The notes under the pieces were generated by a model. It ran no database searches and was not told the DNA's origin. It saw only the letters and a program-made list of their open reading frames with translations. Positions 1 through 13,140 of a stretch of 64,000 nt of DNA are shown piece by piece. Numbering within the stretch: the first letter of the stretch is position 1; each line of letters opens with the position of its first letter. Position numbers and translations under genes: made by a program. This stretch comes from Asterias rubens (Eukaryota): contig NC_047082.1 in NCBI RefSeq assembly GCF_902459465.1, positions 12,276,001-12,340,000 on the forward strand. Direction: 5' to 3'.

Positions 1-2098
1 AAATTGTGAATAATATTCGTGATTTGAACCCCGAATCGTGAATGTGTACGTATCTATTTACGTGGTCAACGTAACAATTAAAGATTTGCGGGGTACAATC
101 AATAACGTATCCAGTTTAAATATTCAAGAACGCGAGAATAAGTCAAATTCGAGGTGGAAGGAAGAAGACACGCTCATGGAGCCATTTGAATTTAAAATAA
201 CGGTTGGTTTTCTTTGAATTAAGATATTTTAGCAGTCTGCGGCGTAACATGTTGAACCTGCTGAGCAACCCAAAACAAGGTGTCAAAGCGTACAAAAATG
301 TCTCTAATTTTTTAATTAAAAACAATAAATCCATCTCAGTTAACCAGAAAAACAGTTAAATTTATTCAATTTGACATTGTTCTTTGGTGAAGGTTTTCAT
401 GACAGTACTGGGATGAATCCGGATTTGTTCGTTGACTGGCGGTCATCATGCTGTTGGTGTTGGAACATAAATCGAGGACATAATATTATGAACATGGTAT
501 GTCGATTTACTTTTTGTTACTTTGTTGAACTGGTCTTTTTCTCTTGATGATCATAACATTTTCAATTCTTGTCTGCTGTTTTGTATTATTGTCACACCAT
601 AATGAAATTTGACTAAATTTAATTCAATTTCAATGTGCAATTTTATATGTGTTAATGTAGGGGAGTGGTTTAACTATTCCACATTTTGTTTAGTTTTAGC
701 AACTTGCCTCCTATTTAATTTCTATTTTTACAGGCAGTGGACACTATTGGTAAAATACTCAAAATAATTGTTAGCATAAAACCTTTCTTGGTAACGAGTA
801 ATGGGGAGAGGTTGATGGTATAAAACACTGTGAGAAACGGCTCCCTCTGAAGTGCCATATTTTTCGAGAAAAAAGTAATTTTCCACGAATTTGATTTCGG
901 GACCTCGGATTTAGAACTTGAGGTCTCGAAATCAACTATCTAAACGCACACAACTTCGTTTGACAGGTGTGTTTTTTCTTTCATTATTATATTGCAAGTT
1001 TGATGACCGATTGAGCAAAAATGTTCACAAGTTTGTTATTTTATATGCATATGCACACTAACGGTGAAGGCTCGTCTTTGACAATACCAACAGTGTTGTT
1101 TTGCAATAATTCAGCCTTTTTGCTGCGAGGACAGTTTTTTTTAATAAACCATTTCATCTATTATAATAATATCTATCTATCGAAACGATGCAAGGCAAAT
1201 AGGCCATACTCAAACTATATTAAATAATATACTAACTGGTATTAAAGTCCTTATTAATAGACGAACAAACACAACTAGGTGTCGAAGGTGGCTCAAGCGC
1301 TAGACTTGACTCAAGTGCCAATCCCGTTTAGTCCTTTAATTTCCAGTCCCGTCGCTGAACGTCAGAAAACTCCCCCAACCCGGTGCCGCGCCTCGGGCTG
1401 CAATTCTCAGGACCCGTCTCCATTCGGGACAACAGCTCCATTCTCGGCGGATGTATAGGGACCTCTAGCACGAGAAAGACACTTGAATCAGGTCTTTTCT
1501 AGCACAGGCCGATACAAGTACCTTATAGACCTTATTGTTTATCCTTACCCCATCTGTTATTTTTACTTATTTATTTATTTTTAATTTAATTTATTTTTTA
1601 TTCTTAATATATATTTAGCATTTTCTATTGGTTTTTAATTTTCTGCTTTTATTATTGCTTTGTGTACTATATTATGTTAAATCTATATTAATGTTATTGT
1701 GTACCCCAGATGTGGAGCAACAGATCTACGGATCATAATATGTATTTGCTTTTGTTGTCCCTTGCCCATCTTGGGGTATAATGTTGTCAATGTATTTTGT
1801 TTTGTACTGTTATGGCGAATAAAATAATAATAATAATAATAATAATAATTATGGATTGACGTCATCCAGCCGCCATCTTAGAGGAAAAACGGTGACGAAA
1901 CAATCGAGACGTACAGATTTGTACGCGCGGCGCACAGTATTGGCCAATGAGCAACCTCCTTTTGACCTCAATGTGAGGGCACCCTACTGAAATGACGTCA
2001 TATGCATAAGGTCTATTGTATTTCACAGTGATGTTTGTGTTTTCTTCACTTTTTTCTCTTCTCGTTGTTCTTTTTTACCCGTTTGTTTTTACTCACAG

Positions 2099-2227
2099 GA
2101 CAACCCCGAGTATTCAATCGTGGATCATCATGGGCCTATGAGCGTTGCAGAAAGGCATAATGACTCCGATTCGGAGGCGTTCGAGAGTCACGTGGAAAAA
2201 AATCCCCTCACAATAACCACAGTCTAA
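2099..2227 (+). CDS. Probable terminal coding exon of a gene starting upstream of the window; cytoplasmic-tail-like peptide DNPEYSIV...ITTV* (NPxY motif, class I PDZ-binding end)
   Basis: Long polypyrimidine tract plus CACAG acceptor at 2041-2098, then 42 open codons in phase 0 to TAA at 2225-2227. A phase-compatible open candidate penultimate exon lies at 393-496 (AG/GTATGT bounded), but support for it is weak. Confidence 0.5.
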   Translation, partial: DNPEYSIVDHHGPMSVAERHNDSDSEAFESHVEKNPLTITTV

Positions 2228-4697
2228 CTTATTCCTTACGTTTTCTAAACAAATCTCAAGACTTCATAATTGTATCAGAACTTTATTTTAGTTTTTTAAA
2301 ATAAGCGGGCAATTTAAAAATTACAAGTTCCCCACTTATTCGCCTGAAAATGATCAGAAAAACTGTCATTCTTGTTTTTAGCTTTGATTGAGGGCACTCT
2401 TTTTTTAGTGCTTTCAAAATCAGTTTGTACATGTGTCATTGCTTGAGCTTGTCATTTTTAAATGCAGTTATCTATTATTATAGTGTAGTTTTAGCATAAC
2501 ATTGCTTATGATTGAAAATTTCCTCATATTAAAATGGGTGAATTTGATTAGCTTCCCATGGTCGAGCCATTCTGGCCCAGAGCATTTTTAGTAGCTTTTA
2601 TGTCAACTTTTGTGGTCCCCCTGCATCAGACCTAGATCACGACGAAAACATTTACAATGGCTGCCATTTTGTTTAAATTCGTCAGAACCCTTTAAAGTGT
2701 GACACACTTTTTACCCGTAAATCAGTAACTCTTTGAACTTGATGCTTTTTGTTTTGTATTTGTAGTTCCCTACTTTTGTGTCAAATTTGCATGTAAAATC
2801 AATTTTACGTTGCGGCTTTACCTTGGCAATAAGTCTTTTCAATAACCCTCTCTGAGAGAGAAAATAGAATCAGTGGGGAGTCGTAGTAATTTTATCTAGC
2901 CACGAAAAATGAGCCCCGTGCTGCCAGAACGGTGCTCATTTTGCTTTGAAAGTGTAAAGAAGTGCTACCTGAGTATCGGATTTCAAATGGTGTACGTTAA
3001 TAATTATCTTTATTATTAATTATTGTTTACTGGCTAGCTAGAAGTACGAAAAAGAAACAGAACGTTATTAATATAAGGGAAAAAAATGGAATTAATATCA
3101 AGTTTCGACTAGCAATTGTCTACTCATCCAAAGCAACTAACATTAATCCCAATGTATCAAAACATTATTTCCGAGCCAGAATTTACAATCTAGGGCCCAA
3201 TTTCACAAAGCTACTATATAAGCACAATAGTTGCTTGGCATGAATTTGTTTTCCTTGATAACAACAGGATTACCAACCAATTATATTTTCACGTGATTTT
3301 CAGGATATGCAACAATTGGAAGTTTGGTTGGTAATCCTGTTTATATCAAGGAAGAAATTTCATGCTAAGCAAAGAAACAGGCCGAGTTTGCAGAAATCGG
3401 CGGGGTGAAATCATTATTGGGATGTAGATTTGTGGGAGTACTTTTGTTGGTGGCGCCCTTGGAATTAATTTTTGTTTCAACAGAGGGCGGTTGTAAAACA
3501 AATAATGTTTACTTCCGTATTGACTGACTGTGTGACGCAAACTACAAAGCAACAATTATTTTCTTGATACATTAGTGCACAAGATCAGATGAGGTTCCGG
3601 GATAACTAATTCTACTTTATGGTATGTATAATAACTAATATCGTATGAGATCGTTATTTTATTATCTAAAACATTCGAACGCAAGACTTAGTCACTAAGT
3701 TAGTGATTTAGTCACTGTCTAACTCTGTCTGCGACTGTGTCCTATCTCATATCTTTAAAACAAAAAAAGCGTAACGGAATGGAACGCTGGAATTGGAAGG
3801 GGAATCAAACTTTTTACATGTTTTATATTATTGTGTGTTCGTACACAACAACAGTGACTCTGCTCTGCTGAGTATTTTAGGGCCTACTAGTAGGTACTAG
3901 TAATACTAGTATAGGGCAAATGCAAAAAAAAATAGTTCCTTTTTTTCTGCTCACTCACTCACAGTCCACACCATCATTTTGCCCCACCTGTGTGGTCAAC
4001 ACGAGTTCTCCATTAATTCTACTTCTTCTACTACTTGGAGTTGGATGCTCAGTAAGGTCCATATGCCTAAAGCATGAAGACAGAACGTACTCGTAAAGCC
4101 ATATTGGCATTAGCCTAGCTTTACGTATCACGGCCAGTGTTGTTGGTTTCGAGACCTTGTCTCGCCGTCTCTCAAGACCATTTTGCAAAAGTCTCGTTGT
4201 CCTTAGTAGGGCTGGTCTCCCCCTATGAAGGACTGGTCCCCCCTTTGGCCAAATGCCAGTAGAAATCGCGGCGGACCAGCTGAAACACCTTGCCAACTGG
4301 TCCGGCTGACCAGTCAAAAATATCGGCAGGGGTACTACAGAACTACGACTATTTTATTTACCATTTTCAGGCTCGAATAAAACGTAAGACATTCACTCAA
4401 GGTTTGGATAAAACGTAAAAAAATCACTCGAAGTGCCGCTGAACGCCGGCAAACTTCCGACGATCACGCTGCATACACAGCGCAAAATCCCATCATGCAA
4501 TGCAAAGGCTTGTAGTCTTTGTATTAGTTCACGTGTGGCAAAAAGTGTAAGAAATATTGAACGCTAGAGGGCGTTTCGGAATATTCGATAGTGTGGGAAT
4601 AGACGCCCTCTATTGGTGAAAGTACGCGATAGCTTACAAAACTAGCTTCAATCGCCTTGACAGAAGACCACAAAGCAAAACACATTCTGTCAGCAGC

Positions 4698-5569
4698 TAG
4701 CCTTGATCAAGGCTGTGTAATAGTTTGCTTACTTTAAAGCTAAAAATGTGCATAACCACAGCCGCACGAATGCGATGCCCGAATGCAATGCAACTCCTGT
4801 TCCGGTCCCCCCGACTGTCTTTAAATAGCACACCACGCTCTCTCACCCAAGGAAGCACACAACAGCTCTGTTTCCTCAGTCCAACACACACGTCCGCTAC
4901 CGCTATCGCCCACAATCCTAGCACGTGAGCCGTCAGGCTCACAGCATTGACGATCTTGTACACTTCCGGGTCTTGCGGTTACTGTAATGAGCGCGCTCTA
5001 CTTGTAATAAAAGGCTCTTGATTGGCCATTGGAAGTGGTCATGTTTGAATATAATGACGACGACGCGATTCCCATTGGGGCGGTCTGTTATAAAGGTCAA
5101 AATAAAGGTCAAATTTTGTGCAGCTGATTGGACGGCTGTAAATTAATGATTCATATCCATTTCCTCTCGACCAACAATAATGGTGTGTGATTGGCTATTA
5201 GGAATGATGTATTATTCATGAAATAAATCTTTGCATATCCACTCACCCCCCCATTTTCCACGGATTTGCGAAGAAAAACAATGAAACACATAAGCCACTC
5301 GGTTTACAAGATCGTCAAGGCTGTGAGCCTGACGGCTCACGGGCTAGGATTGTGGGCGATAGCGGTGTGTGGAATAGCGGTGTGTGTGGGGGGCTGCGTA
5401 CATGTACAATGTACAGGCGCTGTGTGGTGCGTGAGAGAGTGCGGTGTGCTATTCTTTTTAGAGTCAGTCGGGGGACTGGTTGTATTATATCGCATTCCCG
5501 CGGCTTAGGTTTATCCTTGCTCTATGGTTTTAGCTAGAGTAATTGTCTACACAGCCTTGATCAAGGCTA
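4698..5569. mobile_element. Non-autonomous DNA transposon, TAG..CTA termini, 22-bp perfect TIR within ~270-bp imperfect TIRs, 9-bp TSD (AcademH- or Mutator-like)
   Basis: TIR TAGCCTTGATCAAGGCTGTGTA at 4698-4719 and its reverse complement at 5548-5569. TSD GTCAGCAGC at 4689-4697 and 5570-5578. A half copy lies at ~52998-53446. Confidence 0.85.
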
Positions 5570-7042
5570 GTCAGCAGCATGGTCGTCGTCAACGGAGCAG
5601 ATGTCCGTGTGGGAATAAGAGTCTAGCGTGTTTACGAAAAACGAGCGAGACGGTGAGGCTTCATTCAACAAAAATTACCAAGTTAGGATACTCTTGATGA
5701 GCAAACAGTAGTATTTATTTGTGTTTAGCAAGGTTCTTCCGTCCTGATTTTGCGTAATTTTGTTGTTTTTTGGGGCTTGGTTTTTTTTTTGCGGGCGATT
5801 GGTGGGCGATCTAGTTTATTGTTCCAATCCATGGTTTTATTGGTCACATAATGCGCGGTTGTTTTTTTTCTTTTTTTTTCGGGTTGATTTCAAGAAAGAC
5901 TTGGGTTCTAGAATGCAATCATGTGTTAAGGCGCAGTTGTTTTTGCTGCTTTTAAAAACGTTTTTTAAATGAAAATTTTGTTCACAAAACAGACGCCGGC
6001 ACCGACCATTCCATACACATAAATGCAAAAAATACCGTAAATTACATATATGCTTCTTCATGGATGTTGCATTTGCAACTATTTTGATGTCTACTTTTTG
6101 TTGGGTGTTTTTCTGAACAAAAGTGGGAAGATTTTGGGAGCTTCGGTATCGTGTAATGTTTATGAATACTTATTAAAACTACAATAATAGGCAATGTTTA
6201 TACATAATAAAATAACTTGAGCGGTCGCACATATCCCTCCCCAATACATAAAAAGTTATTGATATTATTTTAACAGTTGGTTTTAAAGTGGATTTTTTTT
6301 TAGTAAAAACTTTTTTTTTCTTTTTTTCATAAAAAAGTTCTTCTTACTTAGGAATACTTCGGTGTCGAGTGCTTTCAATAAACCGTGGACTTAAAAACTA
6401 CCTAAATAAAGATCATATTAAATTTTCCAATTTGCTCTGACAAATTTTTTGACCTGTTTTTAAATTAATTTTAATAACATTATTGTTTAAAGAAAAAATA
6501 CTCTCAAATAATTGAGCCCCTTACTAACACAATAAATAAAGGTGGTACACATAAATAAAGTATAACTTCCAGTGCATGTAGTCAAGTTGGCGTTGCAATT
6601 CATGTTGAATTTTTAAATAGCGACGATCAGAAATCGAGCAGTTGGTATACAACAGTATACTATTAGTTTCAAAAAAAAAAAAAAAAATTGATGGACCAGT
6701 CAAAAACATGGCGGACCAGTGAAAAATCAAGCCAACTGGTCCTGCTGGCCAGTTGAAAAAAAAGTTCTCGGATGTCAGGGTTTTGGTCTCGGTCTCGGAC
6801 TTCCAAGTTCCAGGTCACGACAATAAGTGGACAACACTGACAGCACTGCCTACACAACTACAAACATTTTGTTCTTCTCTTCAACTAATGGAGTAACTAT
6901 AGCATACAGGGCAACACTCGGCGACAACCCTAATCTTAACCATTAACCCTAACCCTGGAGTGGACCTGCTTTCTATAATTGTACCGAATAATTTTTTTTT
7001 CACAATTTCTACTTTTAACAGTGATATTCATCCAGCAATGCC

Positions 7043-10000
7043 ATGGAAGAGAACACTAGCACAAGCAGTAGCAGCACCAGACTGGCTGGTAACCTTATTC
7101 TGGTAAGCATAATTTTTGTGCTTGCCAACTTTTTGTGCTTTAGCAGCTCAACATTATAAGATAAGGCCCTAATGATGCATGTCTCCAAACAGTCATTTGA
7201 CGTTAAAGGCAGTGGACACTATTGGTAATTACTCAAAATAATTATTAGCATAAAACCTTTCTTGGTGACAAGTAATGGGGAGAGGTTGGTGGTATAAAAT
7301 ATTGTGAGAAACAGCTCCCCCTGAAGTGCCATAGTTTTGGAGAAATAGTAATTTTCCACGAATTTGATTTCAAGACCTCAAGTTCTAAACTTGAGGTCTC
7401 GAAATCAACCATCTTCACGCACACATCTTCGTGTGATAAGGGTGTTTTCTTCTTTCATTATTATCTCGCAACTTTGATGACCGATTGAGCTCAAATTTTC
7501 ACAGGTTTGTTATTTTATGCATATGTTGAGATACACCAACTGTGAAGGCTAGTCTTTGACAATTACCAATAGTGTCCACTGTCTTTAAAAAATGGCCTAG
7601 CTGTTTAGAGCACCGGATTCAAACTACATGGTGTTTCTGAACAGCAGAGCGTGGGTTCGAGTCCCAGTCTGAACACTGTTTCCATAACAAGACACTTAAC
7701 CATGATGCGTCGTCCTTCGGATTGGATGTAAAGCCGTTGGTCCCGTGTGTTGTGTAAGGCACGTAAAAGAACACAGCGCACTTACAAAAAAGAGGAGGGT
7801 GTTCCTGGTTTGGTTGGCTGCATATTGCATGACAGCACCTTGTAAACCATAAAATGGTGCTACTATAGCTATAAACAGTACAATGTAGTTCTCATAATTA
7901 AAAACGTAGTCCCACATCCTTGAAGGAAAGTACTGTATGTTAAAGCGCCTTGAGCGTCACTAAGAGATGGATATGCCCGCTATATAAGAAGTCACTACTT
8001 GCAGACATTTTCATTGTCTAAAATGCTCCTTCTCTTCTCCCCCAGAAACCAAATGAGAGCAGTGGCAACAGTCGGAGTAAAAACACGAAAAAGACTGTGT
8101 ACCATTGGGGCAATGCAGAGGTGATACGCTGGCTAAGGAAACATCACACACATTACTACAATCAATACAGCCGGGTATTCCAGGAACATGACTTGTCAGG
8201 TGAGCCTTGAACAAGAGTACCACTGTGGCAATGCCACGAAGCAGTCTAGTTCACTGAACACAAGTTTATTTTAAGGATTAGGAAGAAAATTAGGCGGTCA
8301 CGTTGCGCGTTCCCGTGGATTTGTATTGTTACGTCATTCATTTTTTTGCAATAAGCACCGGAAGGTTAGCACGTGTTTGTGTGCGCCTGTTCGTAAGCAG
8401 CGCTATGAAATTGAAATCGCCCAGTAAGCACAAAATGGCCCGCTAAGCAGCTCTATCAAATTTGGCCCTGGTGTCCCACCCCCGCCCCCCCCCCCCCCCT
8501 TCCTAGAGATTGACTTCTATTTTGTTTGTTTTTATGGCAGGGCGTGCCTTGGTGCGACTCGATCCAATTAGAATGGAGAAGATGGGAATCACAAACTCTG
8601 AACACATGTAAGTTGTGAATCACTCAATTGTAGATTTATTATCATTTAAACTATCTTAATTGCTTGTTGGTGCTTGAAGATGACTTCAATGTCAAGACAT
8701 GATACAGCATGATAACTTGAAGTGATATTCGGTGGATGGTTTTAACATCTTAAAACAGAAAGAATATATATTTTAAAAAGAGAAAGGGATTGTCAAAACT
8801 ACTTTTGTGGTGTACTCATTTTCCCAAGGTTCTCCTGTGGCATGTGTGGTGGGCGGAAAATTACAAGTATCTACCCTCACGCTTAAAATGGTGTAAACTG
8901 CACTGAATGCCCTCCCAGTGCAACATCACAAAGTCGAATATGACGTTGAATTTACCTTCCTCTTCAAGGATTTTGATTGGCCGTTTTTTTTATTTTATTT
9001 TAGCATACAAAGAAGCAAAAACAAAAATACAAGTTGGAATTAGCAGCTTTTCAAAAGACAAACTTTTTTATTTTATTTACATGGATTATATAATTTGAAT
9101 AAGTTTAGTATACAAGTTATGTTCTGAATGGTAAGCAAAACATGATATTTACAAGTATAAAATATATTTGAAGGTTAAATAAATAATGCAAGAAAACAAA
9201 GTAGAAGTTGTTCTGTTTGTTACCCATTGTTTTTGTTTTTTTGTTAAGATCCTAACAAACTTTTTCTTATGATTGTGTAGGGCTATGCGTAATAAACACT
9301 TTAAAATCACTCGGGTGGGATTAGAATCAACAACCTTTGCATTTCTAGAGCTATGTCTTACCACTAGAACACTGCTGGCTAGCCCGATGGCCAGAGGTAG
9401 TTTGAATTCTGTGTGTTCAAATCCAAACCGAGTGATTTGCCTGTGGTTTTTTTTTTCCACTGAACTTGAGATCAAAGTACCAAGTAGTAGTACTTTATAT
9501 CAGTCGGTGTTAGGGTAAAAACAAGTTAAATTGTTCAGACTGATGCAAAACTAACATATTAAATCGTTTCGACCCACCGCTAACACATAGTATTCAAACT
9601 GCCTGCAGCCCCTTGGCTAGCATGACCCAAGACCTTTTCATTGCTGGATCAGATGTCTTACCCCTGGACCACCATGCTAGTAGCATGGTGATGGTGGTCT
9701 GTTGGTAAGACATCTGATCCAGCAATGAAAAGGTCTATGGTGCGAGTCCCACCCAAGTGATTTGCTTGAACTAGGGAAAGTACCTAGTATACAGTGCTTT
9801 TAAAACACCCATCGTCGTAAGGGTAAAAACTAATTTTAATTTGATACCTAAAAGTATATAATGAATGTGACTTTACATTATGGATATTTTTAATAATAAT
9901 AATAATGGAAATTTCTATCACCGGTGTAAAAAAAGCAATACAATTTGCATCACATACAGAAAATAAACTTAACGGAGTGCTTCTTTAGGCTATATATAGA

Positions 10001-10287
10001 TGAGTTTTTAAACTTTTCTTGAATATGCCAAGTGAGTTTTGAAAGTTTCACAGTTTCAGGTAGGGAGAGCCAAAGCCTCGATACTGCGCTCTGAAAAGAG
10101 TCCAAATTTATTCTGGGTAAAAAGTGTAATGCTCTGACACAATAGTTTGTTATTTTATTCTCTTGTTAAGATTATCTCTCTTGATTTCAGAGCGGATTTA
10201 TTGGAACACATATTCCGACTGAGGTTAAAACATGAGCAGAATGAACTGAAAATACTTCAGAGCACACACCAAGCCGCTCCTCCATGA
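7043..10287 (+). CDS. ave: Aveugle/Hyphen (SAMD10/SAMD12-like) single-SAM-domain adaptor, 125 aa
   Basis: Exons 7043-7102, 8046-8199, 8541-8607 and 10191-10287, all GT-AG and phase-consistent (0,1,2). Product MEENTSTSSSS...KKTVYHWGNAEVIRWLRKHHTHYYNQYSRVFQEHDLSGRALVRLDPIRMEKMGITNSEHIADLLEHIFRLRLKHEQNELKIL...APP* matches the Ave/SAMD12 pattern (VxxW..WL..H..Y..F.xHDI/LS/TGRAL.RL...L/MxxMGI). GCCATGG Kozak context. Confidence 0.9.
7203..7588. mobile_element. TTAA-flanked Kolobok-like MITE, family 1 (representative full copy)
   Basis: TIR AGGCAGTGGACACTATTGGTAATT flanked by TTAA at both ends. About 16 copies or fragments in the window: ~731-1270, 11244-11614, 14570-14890, 19467-19796, 21478-21778, 22144-22514, 26604-26805, 35126-35520, 38188-38590, 40630-40895, 43116-43530, 51821-52060, 55877-56232, 60369-60755. 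Confidence 0.85.
7590..7995 (+). mobile_element. tRNA-derived SINE with Deu-like central domain
   Basis: Degenerate A box, B box GGTTCGAGTCCC and core GATGTAAAGCCGTTGGTCCC...AAAGAAC.CAG.GCAC. Homologous to copies at 31950-32330 and 36675-37090. Confidence 0.75.
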
Positions 10288-11243
10288 ACTTTCAGCAAAG
10301 GAGAAAAACAATCCCAGTGGCCCAGCACAATAATGTTGTTGATCTCTCTAGGAAAAAGGTACAGCCTAAACATTAAATTATTTATAGGGCTGTGCTGCCA
10401 CTTAATACACCATGCAGAAACAACAGTTTTTAGGGTGTTTTTGTAGAAAGAAGGGCTTATACCCCAATTACATTTTATGTAGGATCTCAAACGACCCTTA
10501 TTTCATGAAATATGCTTTTTACATTCAGACCCTACTGGTTGGCAAAACCATAGAGATTTGCACCCGGCAGTCTCACAATCGCATACTGCGTCACGCCGCC
10601 ATTAGTCGCATACAATCTTTGTCACGCCGCCATTAGTCGCATACTAAAAAGGGCAATGTTCCCTCATTTTGCCTAACATACTTCATGGAAAGGGTCTATT
10701 AAAGCGTACGTTGTACGTGCAGTTGCTTGGTATTAGTTTCTTTTAATCGAGTGCTTGAGATAGAAGACGTTAAAATGGCTATGTGTATATTGTATGTTGT
10801 ACATTTTCTGAGATTTAACTTTACATATTATACCCCCCCCCTTGCATTGGTTACCTGATACTAATGTGGTGGAAGTATTACACTTGCTCTACCATACCCA
10901 ACCAGGGCACAATTTCATAGAGCTGCTAAGCACAACAAGTTGCTAAGCATGACTTCTTCCTTGATAAAAACAGGATTACCAATCAAATTTCAAGGTGATT
11001 TTCAGGATAAGCAAACAACAGCTGAGTCTAGCAACAAGCAAAATGCAACGAATGGAAATTTGGTTTGTAATCCTTTTTTTTTTATCAAGGAAGAAATTTC
11101 AAGCTAAGCAAATTTTTGTGTTTAGCAGCTCTATGAAATTGGGCCCTGTGCAGCTGAATGATTTTGAATAGTTGGGCAAATGTTAAATCCTATTGTGAAG
11201 TTAAATCCTATTCTGAAATCAAACTGTCTTCAGGCTTACCTTG

Positions 11244-11614
11244 TTAAAGACACTGGACACTATTTGTAATTGTCAAAGACCAGTCTTCCCTGTCTGTGTG
11301 TCTCAACATATGCATAAAAAACAAACCTGTGAAAATTTGAGCTCAATTGGACTTCAAAGTTGCGAGACCCTTGTCACACGTACATGTGGTTGTGTGCTTT
11401 CAGATGCTTGATTTTGAGACCTCAAATTCTTAATCTGAGGTCTCGAAATCAAATTTGTGGAAAATTACTTCTTTCTCGAAAAGTACTCCACTTCAGAGGG
11501 AGCCGTTTCTCACAATGTTTTATACTACGAACCTCTCCCCATTACATGTCACCAAGTAAGGTTTTATGCTAATAATTATTTTGAGTCATTACCAATAGTG
11601 TCCACTGCCTTTAA
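11244..11614. mobile_element. Kolobok-like MITE family 1 copy
   Basis: TTAA-AGACACTGGACACTA ... TAGTGTCCACTGCCT-TTAA; body matches 7203-7588 in reverse orientation. Confidence 0.8.
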
Positions 11615-11881
11615 ACTGAATACATGGCTCCTATCTTGCCATTCATGTTTATCAATAAACCCCTCCTCCTACTTTGAGACCATGTATCATCGTATACCCA
11701 CTGGTTTTGAACGATACACTAGAGAAGAAAGTAAGAAGATAATATCTCCTATGGTGAATGCATCTACTAGATTAGTACACAGTCAAACCTGTATAAGGTA
11801 CAACTGTATGAGGGCATCAATCAATTATTAATATTTATTAATTTAAATTATTGTTTATAGAAAAGTTAGAGATCAAACCTG

Positions 11882-12122
11882 GGCCCAATTTCATAGAGCT
11901 GCTTGAGCAAAAATTCTGCTTAAGCAAAATAATCCATGCTTAGTAAAATCAGAATACCAGCCAAGACTCCACTCATTTGTTATGCTAAGTAAACAATAGC
12001 TCAATATGAGTCACAAGCAATGTATAAGGCATGACATTTCGGCCAGTAACATGTGTAAAATAAGCAAGCTATTTTCGTGCTTAACCATTTTTTGTGGTTA
12101 AGCAGATCTATGAAATTGGCCC
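11882..12122. mobile_element. PIF/Harbinger-like MITE (GGCCCAATTTCATAG TIR, CWG target)
   Basis: CTG-GGCCCAATTTCATAGAGCTGCT ... GCAGATCTATGAAATTGGCCC-CTG. Relatives at ~3190-3400, 10905-11148, 30328-30550 and 47099-47379. Confidence 0.7.
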
Positions 12123-12204
12123 CTGTTAACACGTTAAACAGTAAACACCCTCGAAGTGTATGTGTATGTGAGGTAGTACCATGCCGGTAACACTAGCTGC
12201 TGTA

Positions 12205-12775
12205 CCCAGTATTAGATTAAATAGGGGAATCAATGTGTGGTGAAGAGGTTTTCAACTAGTGGTTTAATCCCAACGAGGCCTGGCTCTTGATAATTTTACC
12301 GAGACGAAGTCGAGGTAAATTATCAAGAACAAGGCCTCGGCGGGTTTAAACCGCTAGTTGAAAACCGATTCAACACACTTTGATTCCCATTCATAAATAC
12401 CTTTTCGGTCAAAAAACATCAAAAATGTTTGGTCAAAAAGTAAAATAAATGCAAAGATTCATTGTTCAATGATTTCTTTCAACACAACACCCCTCAAGCT
12501 ATGCAATGGTAAGGCCCTCGGGTAAACAACTCCTTATAAGGGAATGCTGTGCGCATTGCGCGTATCGCGTGATGTGGCATGTGTGTCAGCCGTTGCTCTC
12601 GACCAATAGGAATTAAGAAACTGTCTTAAAACCACAGGTGCAAGCTCGTGTGTCACGCCTATGTTTCAACACTTTTTATTTGTTATAAACAAAGGTTTAT
12701 ACACACCCACATGACACGTTCTCCACCAATAGGAATAGCGAAACTGTCTGAGGTATTTATGAATACTTTATAATA
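12205..12775. mobile_element. Hairpin-bearing non-autonomous element without TIRs (possibly Crypton-like); boundaries approximate
   Basis: Imperfect palindrome at 12248-12365 centred on CCGAGACGAAGTCGAGG. The same centre occurs in an unrelated hairpin at 41891-42059. Confidence 0.5.
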
Positions 12776-13140
12776 TAATATAATAAACCATATTATGGTT
12801 TAACTGAGTTTACACTTTATGTTAATTTAATTTAATTCAGTTCATCAACATTTATTTCCACACGGATACAACAATTGATACAAGTAAACTACTAAGTGGA
12901 GGCATTACACAAGAAACCGAAGCTTATTATGGCGGAAAGTCTTGGCAAAGGACTGTGCAAGTCTCGCGCGTGTTGGCCGATTCACCGTGACATCGTGATA
13001 TTCGGTTTCATTTATAACAAAACAACAGAGACCAATAAACCAGGAATGTTCAACAATACCTGTACAAAAACCAGTCGTGAGAGTACAAATGTGAAAAACA
13101 CAATCCATTAATCAACTTGATTGAAACAATCACTTGATAC

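Noticed and set aside
11360-11831. Recurrent short ORFs such as 11457-11831, 22498-22785, 38285-38548 and 43257-43472
   Set aside because: All are translations of family-1 MITE copies, with no transposase motifs.
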